From: an uncultured virus (IMG/VR IMGVR_UViG_3300020165_000001)
Taxonomy: Duplodnaviria; Heunggongvirae; Uroviricota; Caudoviricetes
Direction: 5' to 3' (one strand)
Virus record (IMG/VR): IMGVR_UViG_3300020165_000001
Length of the DNA: 64,000 nucleotides
The notes under the pieces were generated by a model, which worked only from the letters and a program-made list of their open reading frames with translations, did no database searches and had not been told where the DNA came from. The translations under genes and the position numbers were made by a program. Each line of letters opens with the position of its first letter. The stretch's first letter is position 1. Shown here piece after piece: positions 35,857 through 46,341 of this stretch.

Positions 35857-36642
35857 ATGAATTTAGCTGAAGCTCACGAATACATAGATATACTTTTAGA
35901 TAAGGCAGATCAACCATATTTTATAGAAGAAGAAAAGAATAAATTTTTAAATCTAGCCATATCTGACTTTATTAATATGCATTATCAAAAAATGGAAGCT
36001 GATGAAGATTCTAGAAGGGCATTGGCTGGATGTATTGATTGGAAATCGTTTTCCCTTACTAAAGCAAAGATAATTGATGGTACTGCTATTTATGATACTT
36101 CTTATCCAGCATTGTCACTTGTGTATCCTGACACTACAGCTACTAATACTGAAGGTTATTTTAAATATGGAAACCATTATGTATTACCAAAGCAACATTT
36201 ATATGTATTATCTTTAGGGGTAAGTTATTATAACAAAGATGAGGTTATAAATCCTGGTGACGGGACAATTTATTCAGGCGTTACAGAAGATGATATAATT
36301 TTTAGCCCTACTATTTCTGTAAAAAACAAATCTACTAGAGAGCTTTATGAAGATAGTTATACTGGAGATCCTTTTAATAAGGCTAGTGAAGACAATCCAT
36401 GCTGGACTTATATAGAAAATAGAATTATAATTGGTGGTGCTAGTAATTCTATAAGATATATAAATATACAAGTAGTAACATTACCTACAGTAGATCAAGC
36501 ATTTTCTGCAAGTACTTGGGATAGTTCAACAGCACCAGCTTCGTTAACATTTACAGAGCATTATCAAAAACAAATAATTCAAATGGCTGTAAAAAGAATG
36601 ACACAAACTGATGTAGGGTTAATGACACCTCCATCAAATTAA
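35857..36642 (+). CDS. Head-tail adaptor / ring protein
   Basis: LDKAD...EEEKNKFLNLA...DPFNK...EHYQKQIIQMAV. Confidence 0.6.
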   Translation: MNLAEAHEYIDILLDKADQPYFIEEEKNKFLNLAISDFINMHYQKMEADEDSRRALAGCIDWKSFSLTKAKIIDGTAIYDTSYPALSLVYPDTTATNTEGYFKYGNHYVLPKQHLYVLSLGVSYYNKDEVINPGDGTIYSGVTEDDIIFSPTISVKNKSTRELYEDSYTGDPFNKASEDNPCWTYIENRIIIGGASNSIRYINIQVVTLPTVDQAFSASTWDSSTAPASLTFTEHYQKQIIQMAVKRMTQTDVGLMTPPSN

Positions 36643-36680
36643 AAGCATTTAAAGAGAGTTCTTTTGCTCCCTGCTGCAAG

Positions 36681-36718
36681 AATAGGTTGCGACTAGAAAT
36701 AGTTAAGGCCTATTTTTG
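36681..36718 (+). terminator. Probable intrinsic terminator
   Basis: AATAGG...CCTATT stem followed by TTTGTTTT. Confidence 0.45.
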
Positions 36719-36746
36719 TTTTATAAAGAAAATTTAACTAATTTTG
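36715..36746 (+). promoter_or_regulatory. Full Bacteroidota -33/-7 promoter
   Basis: TTTG (36715-36718), 20-nt spacer, TAATTTTG (36739-36746). Confidence 0.65.
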
Positions 36747-36767
36747 TAAACACCTAAACTACGCCTA

Positions 36768-37817
36768 ATGATTACATTAAATGAAATAGCTTATAATATT
36801 AAAAACCTAGCGTATGGAGGATCTAATTCTACAGAAAATAGTATTAGTTTAAGGCAGATAAAACATTGGATACATTATCATAGAGCTAAACTTATTGCCG
36901 ATAACATTGATAAAGGCATTACAAATAATCAGGCATTGTATCAAAATATATCTTTTACTGCTAAAAATTCAACAAGTACATCTGTTATAGGATATTATAA
37001 GGAATGGGATCAATATAAAATAGATGCTGTAACCGCCCCTATAAGTACTGGAGATAATTTCTTAGAAAATATGCCTAAAAATTCTGATGGATTTTTAAAT
37101 GGTGAATGGTTAGCAATTGGCAGTATAAGTACAGGTGAAGCTTCTTCTAATGGAAAGAATAGAAATTTTTATGGAGAAGAAGTGATGTCTTCTCAAGTAA
37201 GAGGTGATTGGAGAAACTTTGGGGCTCATAGTTTTTATTGCCCTAAACCAGTACAATTAAAAAATGATGAGGGGATTAAATCAGTAAGCATTACAAGAGA
37301 AGTTTATTTTCCTGATGACATAACAACAGTTGATGTAGACGAGTCAAATGAAGGGTTAAATAGAAAGTTAATAAAAATATATCGCAAAGAGCATAACATG
37401 TTTGATGAGTATAATAAATTTACAGACTATAGCGAACCTTATTACTATCAAGATCAAAGTAGAAAAAATAATAAAAATTATATATCATTTCAAAGTTTGC
37501 AAATTTCTCCAAACTATCATGGTGGATTAAATACTCCTGGGAATAAAAAATTATTTTGGAAGTACACAGCTGGTGCGTCAATGATATTAGAGAATCCTAC
37601 AGAAATTGACATGATGGGGGATTGGGAAGACACTAAGTTGAATTGGGACGATACTACAACTTCTTATCCTATTCCTATGGAATATGTTGGCGACTTAATA
37701 CAAAGAGTTATACAAGTGGAGATGCAGACAGAATTAAAAACTACGCCAGACGTAGTAACAGATGGTTTAGATGATACTATAAAACAGAAAATAAGTGGGC
37801 CACAAGTACAAAGATAA
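36768..37817 (+). CDS. Tail ring/tubular protein
   Basis: MITLNEIAYNI...ISLRQIKHWI...ILENP...YPIP. Confidence 0.6.
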   Translation: MITLNEIAYNIKNLAYGGSNSTENSISLRQIKHWIHYHRAKLIADNIDKGITNNQALYQNISFTAKNSTSTSVIGYYKEWDQYKIDAVTAPISTGDNFLENMPKNSDGFLNGEWLAIGSISTGEASSNGKNRNFYGEEVMSSQVRGDWRNFGAHSFYCPKPVQLKNDEGIKSVSITREVYFPDDITTVDVDESNEGLNRKLIKIYRKEHNMFDEYNKFTDYSEPYYYQDQSRKNNKNYISFQSLQISPNYHGGLNTPGNKKLFWKYTAGASMILENPTEIDMMGDWEDTKLNWDDTTTSYPIPMEYVGDLIQRVIQVEMQTELKTTPDVVTDGLDDTIKQKISGPQVQR

Positions 37818-38190
37818 ATATACGCTCTCTAGAGGGCTTTTTAAGCATGTAAAGCTTATGCTTTATAAATCTATAGATTATAGTTTATATTACAATATAA
37901 TAAAAAGATTTTTTGAGATATTAATTAGAGATATTGTAGTAAGAGATAGAATAGTTTCTTTACCTAATAAAATGGGTTATGTTTATTTAGATGAAAAACC
38001 TCATAAAAGAGCATTTCATATAAGAGTAGATAATGAGGCTACAAAAGAAGCAGGAGAAACAATCTACAATAGAATACCTATCTTAGATGATTTCTACAAA
38101 AAATTAGTTTGGGTGAGACCTACAAAATATAGAAACTGTAAAATACTACCTTTAGGGTGGTCAAAAAAAATAATAAATTATAAAGATTAA
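37795..38190 (+). CDS. IHF/HU-like protein of the crAss-like tail module
   Basis: Basic; VSLPNKMGY...RVD...T; position among ring genes. Confidence 0.5.
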   Translation: MGHKYKDKYTLSRGLFKHVKLMLYKSIDYSLYYNIIKRFFEILIRDIVVRDRIVSLPNKMGYVYLDEKPHKRAFHIRVDNEATKEAGETIYNRIPILDDFYKKLVWVRPTKYRNCKILPLGWSKKIINYKD

Positions 38191-38195
38191 TAATA

Positions 38196-38663
38196 ATGGC
38201 AACAACTATAAACGTATCTACATTAACTGTCGCAATAACAGAAACATTAGCTCTTAGTACTGACGCTTCTGGTACAACTGATGATGTTACTTTTTCGCAA
38301 ACTAATAATCATATAATAAATACATCAATATTAAATGCATCTAAAAGGATTGTAGAATTAGAAAGCACAGCCTTAACTACAGTAGTTACTTTTGACGCAA
38401 GTTTAAATGCAGGAGGTCAGTTTAAAAGAGGTGATGTTAAATATGTTAGAATAACTAATTTAGATGACTCAGCAGTACTTAAAGTAGGTTTAATAGGAGA
38501 TAGTAGCGGAGCCTTTCAGTCAGTAGCAGCAAATACATCTATTATGTTTACAGGAACAGAATTAGAAATTGGAGCTACATTTAGTTCTTTTGCTAATGCG
38601 GACTCAATTAAAGTAATTGGAGCAGCACAACAACAGCTAGAAGTTTTTGTGGCAACTACATAA
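38196..38663 (+). CDS. Small beta-rich virion protein (paralogue family A)
   Basis: VKYVRITNLDD motif. Confidence 0.55.
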   Translation: MATTINVSTLTVAITETLALSTDASGTTDDVTFSQTNNHIINTSILNASKRIVELESTALTTVVTFDASLNAGGQFKRGDVKYVRITNLDDSAVLKVGLIGDSSGAFQSVAANTSIMFTGTELEIGATFSSFANADSIKVIGAAQQQLEVFVATT

Positions 38664-38673
38664 ATAATATAAT

Positions 38674-39777
38674 ATGCACATACATATAGATAGGGTTTTT
38701 ACAACTGTAGCTAGAAATTTAGGATTAAAAGATTTTTCTAGATATACAAATAATTTTATAGAGTGGGCTTATGAAGCTGAAAAACTTATAGGTAGTAGAG
38801 ATACATTTGTACAAAAAGAAGCTACATATAGCTCTACAGGAGCTCAAGCTACAGGAACAATAACATTTGCAGCTAATCCTACATCAGGCGATTCTATTAC
38901 GTTAAATGGTGTAAAGTTATATTTTAGAGATACAACAGATTTAGGAGAAGCTAAATCTCCTAACGAAATAGAGATAGGAACTACTTTAACACTTACATTA
39001 AATAATACAACAGCTCAATACGGTTTAATACAGTCTTTAACAGGACTTATAGATATTACTGCCAGCACAGGAACATACACTAATTCGGCAGTATATAATT
39101 ATCCTGAAGCTTTAAATATTTCAGATTATAGTGTAGATACAACTACAGGGGTGCTTACTATAACTACAAAAGAAATAGGGGATAAAGGCAATGAATACAC
39201 ATTAGCTTCAGATAATGCAAATGCTACAGTAAGTGGATTAAGTTTAACTGGAGGAAAGGATATATTTAGAAACCAACAATTAACTTTGCCTGAAAATAAT
39301 GTAAAGCTATTGGGCGTTAGGGTAGGAACAGCATCTACAAAAAATCAGCACTATGAGCTAAGAAGAGCTAGTGGGCCTCATAGAGAAAGAATTGGTAGAG
39401 ATAATAACGAAACTAGACAAAGAGCTTTTAGATATTATGTAAATGGTAATAGATTAAATATACAGCATGACGAGGTAGATGAAATTACAATTTCTTATTT
39501 AGCATATCCTGTAGATCTAAGAGGTTGGCCTAAAATAAAAGAAGGTCATGAAACAGCAGTTGCTCAGTACATAATGTGGCAAATGAAATTAATAGAATTT
39601 TATAATGGTAAGTTACCGCAATACATAACTAAAGAATTAGAAAAAAGATGGTACTATTTGTGTGGTAAAGCAAGAGGTGATGATGGTATGCCTACTTCTG
39701 ATGAATTAAAGCAAATAGGAAATATGTGGAATACATTACTTCCTATCAAAAGTAGTAATGGATTGATAAACCTATAG
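38674..39777 (+). CDS. Tail tubular/ring protein with inserted beta domain
   Basis: IEWAYEAEKLIG...ISYLAYPVDLRGWPKI...AVAQYI...RWYYLC. Confidence 0.65.
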   Translation: MHIHIDRVFTTVARNLGLKDFSRYTNNFIEWAYEAEKLIGSRDTFVQKEATYSSTGAQATGTITFAANPTSGDSITLNGVKLYFRDTTDLGEAKSPNEIEIGTTLTLTLNNTTAQYGLIQSLTGLIDITASTGTYTNSAVYNYPEALNISDYSVDTTTGVLTITTKEIGDKGNEYTLASDNANATVSGLSLTGGKDIFRNQQLTLPENNVKLLGVRVGTASTKNQHYELRRASGPHRERIGRDNNETRQRAFRYYVNGNRLNIQHDEVDEITISYLAYPVDLRGWPKIKEGHETAVAQYIMWQMKLIEFYNGKLPQYITKELEKRWYYLCGKARGDDGMPTSDELKQIGNMWNTLLPIKSSNGLINL

Positions 39778-39778
39778 A

Positions 39779-42700
39779 ATGGCAAAAAAACAAGAACCTA
39801 AAAATACTTCTGAAAACGCAGGATTTTCTAAAGCACAAGGCTTTACACATGGAATGGTTAGTGATTTAGATCCTCACTTTCAATTAAAAGGAAGTTATGC
39901 AGATGCACAGAATATAAGATTAACTAACTCAGAAGGAGATACATTTACTGTAGAAAATATAGAAGGTAATAGTTTATTTGTAGATCTATCTACGTTTCAC
40001 ATAGACACTGTTGCTGATCAGTATCAACAAGCAGCTTCGTATCCAACATTTTATGATAGAGGACCAGAAAACGATGTAACTTTATTAACTAATTTAGAAA
40101 TATCTAATAGGTCTTCTATTGTAGGTCATGTTTCTTATGCAGACCAAATGTTATTAATAATTGTTGGTAGATTTGAGTATAATAGAGGAGACGGAACTCC
40201 TTTTGCCGAAACAAAAGACAGAACAATATTTCTTCTGGTTGATTTTAACAAAGATTTTGAAGTTACTAAAGTAACAGATTTAAGAGTTTGCTATAGTCAT
40301 GATGGTGGACAATATCCTGATTTAGGAATGAAGCAAGATATTCCTGTTCGTGTTGAGACAATGATAGAAAATCATTGTATTTCTAGAATATACTGGACAG
40401 ATAATGTTAATTCTCTAAAGACATTAAACATAAAACAACCTAGATTAGACCTTTTAACTATTGAGTCTCTTGATATAACACCTATCATGACTCCTTCACA
40501 ACCAGTTTTAGACAGAACCTTACACGGCTCATTGCCAGTAGGAGTTTATCAATATACATTTAAATACATTTCTGAAAATGGAGGAGAAACAACATTCTCA
40601 CCATTAAGTAATCTATATCATGTCTCAGATCAATCTTTTAGTAGCTCTATAACTTATGGAGGAGGGCCAAGAGGAAACTTGGGAACGCAAGGGTTTTCTT
40701 TAAAAGTGTATGATTGTGATCAAGATTTTGATCAAATAGAAATGTATGCTTTATTTTACGACTCATTAAATCAAGCTCCAAGAGTTGCTTTGGTAGACAG
40801 TGTCTCAATAAACGGAAGTACTGCTAGTTTTATGCATACTAATTGGAACTCAGAAATCACGCAAGGATTAGAAGAAATTTTAATTGAATCAAACACTTGG
40901 GATGTATGTAAAGATATAGCTATTAAAGATAATATTTTATTTGCTGCTAATTTAAAAGAAAAGAAAAATTGGATATCTGAAAAAGAATGGAATGTTAAAG
41001 TAATGAGGTATCGTATACAGCCAGGAACTGACGGAACGTATCTAGACGCTATGATTACTACTAACGACCCTGAAGTTAAACACTATACAGGCACACCTGG
41101 AAGCGCTACAGAGATAAGCAATGGAACGCAAGACGATGCTAGTCACTATTGTGGTCATGGTAATTTATTAGGAATTGATCAATATCTTTTAGCAAGTAAC
41201 CCTGAAATGGCTTATAATGGACAGTATGGCCATCCAATGTGGAGAACGCAGAGCTTCCAAAGATATAGACACGGGGGTCAGCTTAAAGGTAGAGTAAAAA
41301 CAAAATACGAATACAGGTATTTAGCAGATAAAATGACTTTAGGGGGAGAAAGTTTTAATTATGGATCTAATGGTTTAGGAGGTTGTAGGGTTACTTTTGG
41401 ATTACAAGAACGTATTGCTGATCAAACAACTAACCCACAATCATCTCCATACATATCAGCAACAGCCGCTCCTGAATCTTTAAAAACTGATTTTCAAGAT
41501 TTTCCAGCAGATGGTAATACTGTGAATGCCACTACACAAAAAGACACTGTATTTAAAACATCTATGTCTTTAGGGGGATCAAAAGATCCACACGTTACTG
41601 GTAATAAAAGAGGATACCAAAGAGGTGAGGTTTATAGGTTTGGGGTGCAAGTGTATGATTTAACAGGAGCTCCTGGAAATGTATTGTGGATAGGCGATAT
41701 AGAAACACCTCAACAGCATGATGTTTTAAGACAACTACGTGTAACTGACTCAGTTTACAGTCCATACAAAAAAACAACAGATGCATCTGGAGGATTAGGT
41801 ACAAGTATGATAAGTAATAAGCTTTTTGGAAGTAGTAATTACTCACAAGATCATCGTTTATCATATATTTATGGACACGTGATACCTCCTGTTGATGTAG
41901 AATGGTTTTCAGGAAGATTAGGTCAATCTATTAAAAATTTAGATGCTTATGTAAAAAAAACAGGAAATCAACAAGGCATACTTCCTAATGACGGCTCAAA
42001 TTCTGGTTTTACTCCTAACGGTATAAGAAAAGGATTGACTAACAGTGTTTTGAGAGTTAATACTGGGTCAAGTTGGGAATACCCTTGGGATATGGATCTA
42101 GACCATAATTATGATGATAATCATTATTTGCTTGATTTGTTTGTTAATTTTGAATTTAGAATACCAAGTGAAATATGCGCAAAGATTTCTGGATTTAGAG
42201 TTGTGAGAGCAGTTAGAACAGAAGACGATAGAAGTATAGTACAGCAAGGATTGTTAAATCAAACTGCACAATACGGAGATGCTACATTAGACTTAAAAGA
42301 CGGTTATGATGCAACAGAATTTTCAAACGCAGACAATAGCGCTTTTGATGACGACCCTGTATTTGTAAATGCTTACAACGCACAAGACACGAATACGCCA
42401 ACAACCCCAACACAAACAGAACAACCAGAATATAATACATATTTAAATGGTTATTTAGGACTAGCTGAAAATACTTATTATGCTTATAGCAACACTGGAA
42501 CTATAGCTGATGGTAAAGCAACTATTGGAGGAAACACGGCAGGAAAAATATTTTATTGGCCAGAGAGGTCTGATCGTAAAAACTTCGATACACATTATCA
42601 TTCGTATCCTGTACCAAATCACCAAGCAGGTACAAGCTCAGAATCAGGAGGACACTTAGCAACTCACTATAGAATGTCAGCTTATTTTGGTGGATATGAT

Positions 42701-45700
42701 AAGCTAACTAAAATAAACGCAACTTATGGTGATGTTGATTCTGCTGACACAAACGCTAATTTTGGCAGAACAGAGATAAGCGGAAGTATATTTACTTTAG
42801 ACTCTCCAGATAGCGCATTTGGTATAAGGCCATATACTTTTAGAGAGGGAGATGTTTTACGTATAGATAGTGTTTTGAAACTAAGTACTTCTTTGAGGTA
42901 TGGAAGCAGTGGTACTTTACCAGCGTATTACTATGCCCATACAGAAGGAGTGCAGAGTTCTAATTATTCCAACACACTTCTATGGAAGACAGGCGATAGA
43001 GATAAAACTGCACAGGAAGGTTTAAGCTACGCATCTCGTAAAGAAATAAATGATAACTATGGTGTTTTAGTGGCAAAATATTATTGTTTTGATCCTTATT
43101 ATGGAATAGGTATGGAAATCACTGGAGGCTCGTATTGTGGTAGTTATTCTGGTGGTAATAATGGTGGGGCTAGACCATCTTCGCAAGGTTGGTATTTACC
43201 AATATCAGCAGCTAAAGAATTAAGTGATGGTGAAATTGTACCTTCTGGTTTTTTTAAGAAAAGCAGGAGAGTTTCCAAAGGAAGAATCCATGGATTTTCT
43301 AACAATACATTAGGCTATTGCAAACATCAAGCAACAACAAATGGTAAATATAATTATAAAGTTTGGGCTGGTGTAAGTAGTTTGCTAGCAAAAACCGTAG
43401 GAATCAATAATGCTACTCCAGTTGCTGGATGGACAGAAGCAAAGCAAAAGAAAGATTATACATACGACACCGTATCAACAATGCAAATGGGGTTGAGAAG
43501 TATATTAATTGAATTAAATACTAAAAGTAGTGAAGTTAGAAAAACAGGGTCTACCTCAACATCTACTTGGTTTAGCCATGGTCACACAAATGGAAATAAT
43601 GATAAAATGGATCATAGTGCCTGGTTTGCTCCTTATGATTTATCTATGATTTATGATCATGGGTCGTGGAATGGTAGTAGTAATACAAACGGATATGAAG
43701 GAGAATGGTGGAATAAACCGCAATGGATGTCTGTTTTAACTAAATATTTGGACTCTCAGTATTTAGGAACTAGTGGTAGTCAATGTAATGATAAATACAA
43801 AGGATATCATCCACATAATTTTTTATGTTCTATTGTTAGAAAAGTAACTCCATATAATGGTTGGACAAAAGGATCAATTGAAAAAACAAGATACATACCT
43901 TGTGGTAATTTTCATGAAGTACCAATTGCCCCTAACGATACTCCAGGAGAATGGCAAGGCCATTTATCACAAGTCTTTGGTGGTGATACTTTTGTAAATT
44001 TATACTCTCATCAAAAAACATCTGCACCATATATGAAAAAATCTATGGTTAGGTTTAAAGTATTTCCTGTAGAGTCCTATGTTAACACTGATATGAGAAG
44101 TGGATTAAATCTTAACAATGGAGATACAGTTATAGGTAAAGATATGAATACAGCTCCATTTAGTAATGATTGGTTATACAACTCTGTTTATTCGCAAGAG
44201 AATACAATTAAGTCTGCTTTAATGGTAGATGAAGATGAAAGTTGTGATAATTTAGATTTACCTTATGAAATAGCATATTCAAACACAAAAATATTAGGTC
44301 AAAAATCAGATGCATTTAGAGTCTTTCCTATAAATCAATTTCATGATATGGAAGGTCAGTATGGTGAGATTAATAGAATAGTTAATTTTAAAAATGAAAT
44401 ATATGTTTTACAAGATAGCGCTTTTTCTAAATTATTAGTTAATCCACTATCTATGTTAAGTGATGATTCTGGAACCTCTCTATTTACTGGAACAGGAGAA
44501 ACTGTAGAAAATCATATTTATATATCTACTAAGTATGGAACTAGGCATAGGTTTAGTGTAGCTTCTAGTGAAAAAGCATTGTACTTTGTTGATGTTAATT
44601 TCGGTAGACTATTTAGATACGATACAGAAAAGTTAGTATCTTTAGGAGATGCTTTAGGTCAAAGAAACTATTTAAGATATATTACTAAGCAATGGGAGAT
44701 GATATCTAAAAAGATTTGCCCTGCTAATAGTGGAGGTGGAGCTCCTTTTGGAACAACAACAACTACACACCCAGCTAATACAAATGTGCAACATGGTATA
44801 TACAAAACAGATATTAACAGTAAAGATAAAATAGGAAGAAACTATAAGTCAGATAATCCATTAAAATTCTTAGGTATTAATTCAATATTTGATTATACTA
44901 ATAAAGAGTTAATGGTAACTTTTCACAATAGTGCGTTTCCAGGGACTTCAAATAGAGCTTTTGCAAGAACATCAGATTTACATTCAATGGCTAATTTTGC
45001 AAATGGACAACCTATATCACACTCTGAAACATTAGTATATAATGAAGGTATAAATGCATTTACTTCTAAATACACCGTAGCGCCTCCACAATGGCTTACA
45101 GGGGCACAAGGAGCATTTATATTATGTCCTGAAAATCAAGTAAGTGCTTTTGAAGCAACAAATTTTTCTTACAAAGACAAAGCTTACAATCAAGTTGGAT
45201 CAAGCGATAACGCTTCTTATATAGATTTTAGAGCTAACCCTTTAAAATTATGGATTTGGGACAAGCATGATAAGGGTAAAAAGACACATTTCTTTGGAGA
45301 AAAAATAGGTTATGTAACCACTGAAACACAAGATTCTATTACTACACCTGGTACAAATGTAACTGCAAAAATTAAAACTTATGATTCTAAAGATTATGCT
45401 CATGAATCATATATAGTAAAAGTAGTTAATTCTGAAGCCTCTGATGCTAAGATATTTGATAATGCTGAAATTATTATAAGGCCTGCTAACGTACCTTTTA
45501 CTGATATAAAATATATTACAGACACTTCTATAGATAATGTATCTGCATATTCAACTATACACGATAAAACTATTACTATTGATGAAGAAGAACAAATTGT
45601 AATTAATAGAAGATGGGATTTTAATGACAGTTCTGAAGGTTGGTATTTTTATGATGGAACTGCTACAGCCACTGAAGCGTCTATAGTAAACACAGGAAAC

Positions 45701-46333
45701 TCTACATTGACATTAGATTACCAAGGAGACGGAATGTTTAGAAGTCCTAACAATAAATATGGATTTAATCAAGGTGGAGGAGATCAACTAAGACCAGATG
45801 ATAGAGGTTTCGTTGGAAAGTATAATAACAAAGTTAGAATGCGTGTTAAAAGAACTGAGATTGGAGCTTGGGAAGGAAAGATCTACTGGACAGGTACTGA
45901 TATTAAAAGATCTCTTGTAGGAACGCCATTATCTTGGGGTGAAAGTGGCTCAAGACAGGTAAACATACCAGAGCCTCCAGGAACAGGTGATTTTGGACAA
46001 GACGCTAATGGGGTAGATATTGTAGGGGGAATAGATCTTGATTTTGTAATTTTAGAATGGGATATGAGTGATTCAGCAGAATGGGATGATGCTAGAATTG
46101 AACAAATAAGGATAGATTTAGATTCTAGTACAGGAACATACGAAGTTGATTGGATAGAGATTGTAGGATTAAAAGCTAGTAAATATATTGACGGAGTATT
46201 AAAAACACCATTAAGAACTGATAAAAGTAAAGGAAGAACTAGAGGTACTTGGTCAAAAATCAAATACTCTGCAAATACTACAGAAAAATTTAATATCTTT
46301 GCAATACTTGCAAAGTACCGTAAACAACTATAA
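39779..46333 (+). CDS. Tail stabilisation/muzzle protein (P22 gp10-like)
   Basis: FTHGMVSDLDP...YADAQNIR, IYWTDNVN, GYQRGEVYRFG, FGGDTFV, YGEINRI, RTRGTW; 2184 aa. Confidence 0.8.
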   Translation: MAKKQEPKNTSENAGFSKAQGFTHGMVSDLDPHFQLKGSYADAQNIRLTNSEGDTFTVENIEGNSLFVDLSTFHIDTVADQYQQAASYPTFYDRGPENDVTLLTNLEISNRSSIVGHVSYADQMLLIIVGRFEYNRGDGTPFAETKDRTIFLLVDFNKDFEVTKVTDLRVCYSHDGGQYPDLGMKQDIPVRVETMIENHCISRIYWTDNVNSLKTLNIKQPRLDLLTIESLDITPIMTPSQPVLDRTLHGSLPVGVYQYTFKYISENGGETTFSPLSNLYHVSDQSFSSSITYGGGPRGNLGTQGFSLKVYDCDQDFDQIEMYALFYDSLNQAPRVALVDSVSINGSTASFMHTNWNSEITQGLEEILIESNTWDVCKDIAIKDNILFAANLKEKKNWISEKEWNVKVMRYRIQPGTDGTYLDAMITTNDPEVKHYTGTPGSATEISNGTQDDASHYCGHGNLLGIDQYLLASNPEMAYNGQYGHPMWRTQSFQRYRHGGQLKGRVKTKYEYRYLADKMTLGGESFNYGSNGLGGCRVTFGLQERIADQTTNPQSSPYISATAAPESLKTDFQDFPADGNTVNATTQKDTVFKTSMSLGGSKDPHVTGNKRGYQRGEVYRFGVQVYDLTGAPGNVLWIGDIETPQQHDVLRQLRVTDSVYSPYKKTTDASGGLGTSMISNKLFGSSNYSQDHRLSYIYGHVIPPVDVEWFSGRLGQSIKNLDAYVKKTGNQQGILPNDGSNSGFTPNGIRKGLTNSVLRVNTGSSWEYPWDMDLDHNYDDNHYLLDLFVNFEFRIPSEICAKISGFRVVRAVRTEDDRSIVQQGLLNQTAQYGDATLDLKDGYDATEFSNADNSAFDDDPVFVNAYNAQDTNTPTTPTQTEQPEYNTYLNGYLGLAENTYYAYSNTGTIADGKATIGGNTAGKIFYWPERSDRKNFDTHYHSYPVPNHQAGTSSESGGHLATHYRMSAYFGGYDKLTKINATYGDVDSADTNANFGRTEISGSIFTLDSPDSAFGIRPYTFREGDVLRIDSVLKLSTSLRYGSSGTLPAYYYAHTEGVQSSNYSNTLLWKTGDRDKTAQEGLSYASRKEINDNYGVLVAKYYCFDPYYGIGMEITGGSYCGSYSGGNNGGARPSSQGWYLPISAAKELSDGEIVPSGFFKKSRRVSKGRIHGFSNNTLGYCKHQATTNGKYNYKVWAGVSSLLAKTVGINNATPVAGWTEAKQKKDYTYDTVSTMQMGLRSILIELNTKSSEVRKTGSTSTSTWFSHGHTNGNNDKMDHSAWFAPYDLSMIYDHGSWNGSSNTNGYEGEWWNKPQWMSVLTKYLDSQYLGTSGSQCNDKYKGYHPHNFLCSIVRKVTPYNGWTKGSIEKTRYIPCGNFHEVPIAPNDTPGEWQGHLSQVFGGDTFVNLYSHQKTSAPYMKKSMVRFKVFPVESYVNTDMRSGLNLNNGDTVIGKDMNTAPFSNDWLYNSVYSQENTIKSALMVDEDESCDNLDLPYEIAYSNTKILGQKSDAFRVFPINQFHDMEGQYGEINRIVNFKNEIYVLQDSAFSKLLVNPLSMLSDDSGTSLFTGTGETVENHIYISTKYGTRHRFSVASSEKALYFVDVNFGRLFRYDTEKLVSLGDALGQRNYLRYITKQWEMISKKICPANSGGGAPFGTTTTTHPANTNVQHGIYKTDINSKDKIGRNYKSDNPLKFLGINSIFDYTNKELMVTFHNSAFPGTSNRAFARTSDLHSMANFANGQPISHSETLVYNEGINAFTSKYTVAPPQWLTGAQGAFILCPENQVSAFEATNFSYKDKAYNQVGSSDNASYIDFRANPLKLWIWDKHDKGKKTHFFGEKIGYVTTETQDSITTPGTNVTAKIKTYDSKDYAHESYIVKVVNSEASDAKIFDNAEIIIRPANVPFTDIKYITDTSIDNVSAYSTIHDKTITIDEEEQIVINRRWDFNDSSEGWYFYDGTATATEASIVNTGNSTLTLDYQGDGMFRSPNNKYGFNQGGGDQLRPDDRGFVGKYNNKVRMRVKRTEIGAWEGKIYWTGTDIKRSLVGTPLSWGESGSRQVNIPEPPGTGDFGQDANGVDIVGGIDLDFVILEWDMSDSAEWDDARIEQIRIDLDSSTGTYEVDWIEIVGLKASKYIDGVLKTPLRTDKSKGRTRGTWSKIKYSANTTEKFNIFAILAKYRKQL
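46294..46301 (+). promoter_or_regulatory. Bacteroidota-type -7 promoter for the ejection-protein genes
   Basis: TATCTTTG within the 3' end of the muzzle gene, 40 nt upstream of ATG46342. Confidence 0.45.
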
Positions 46334-46341
46334 ATAAAGCT

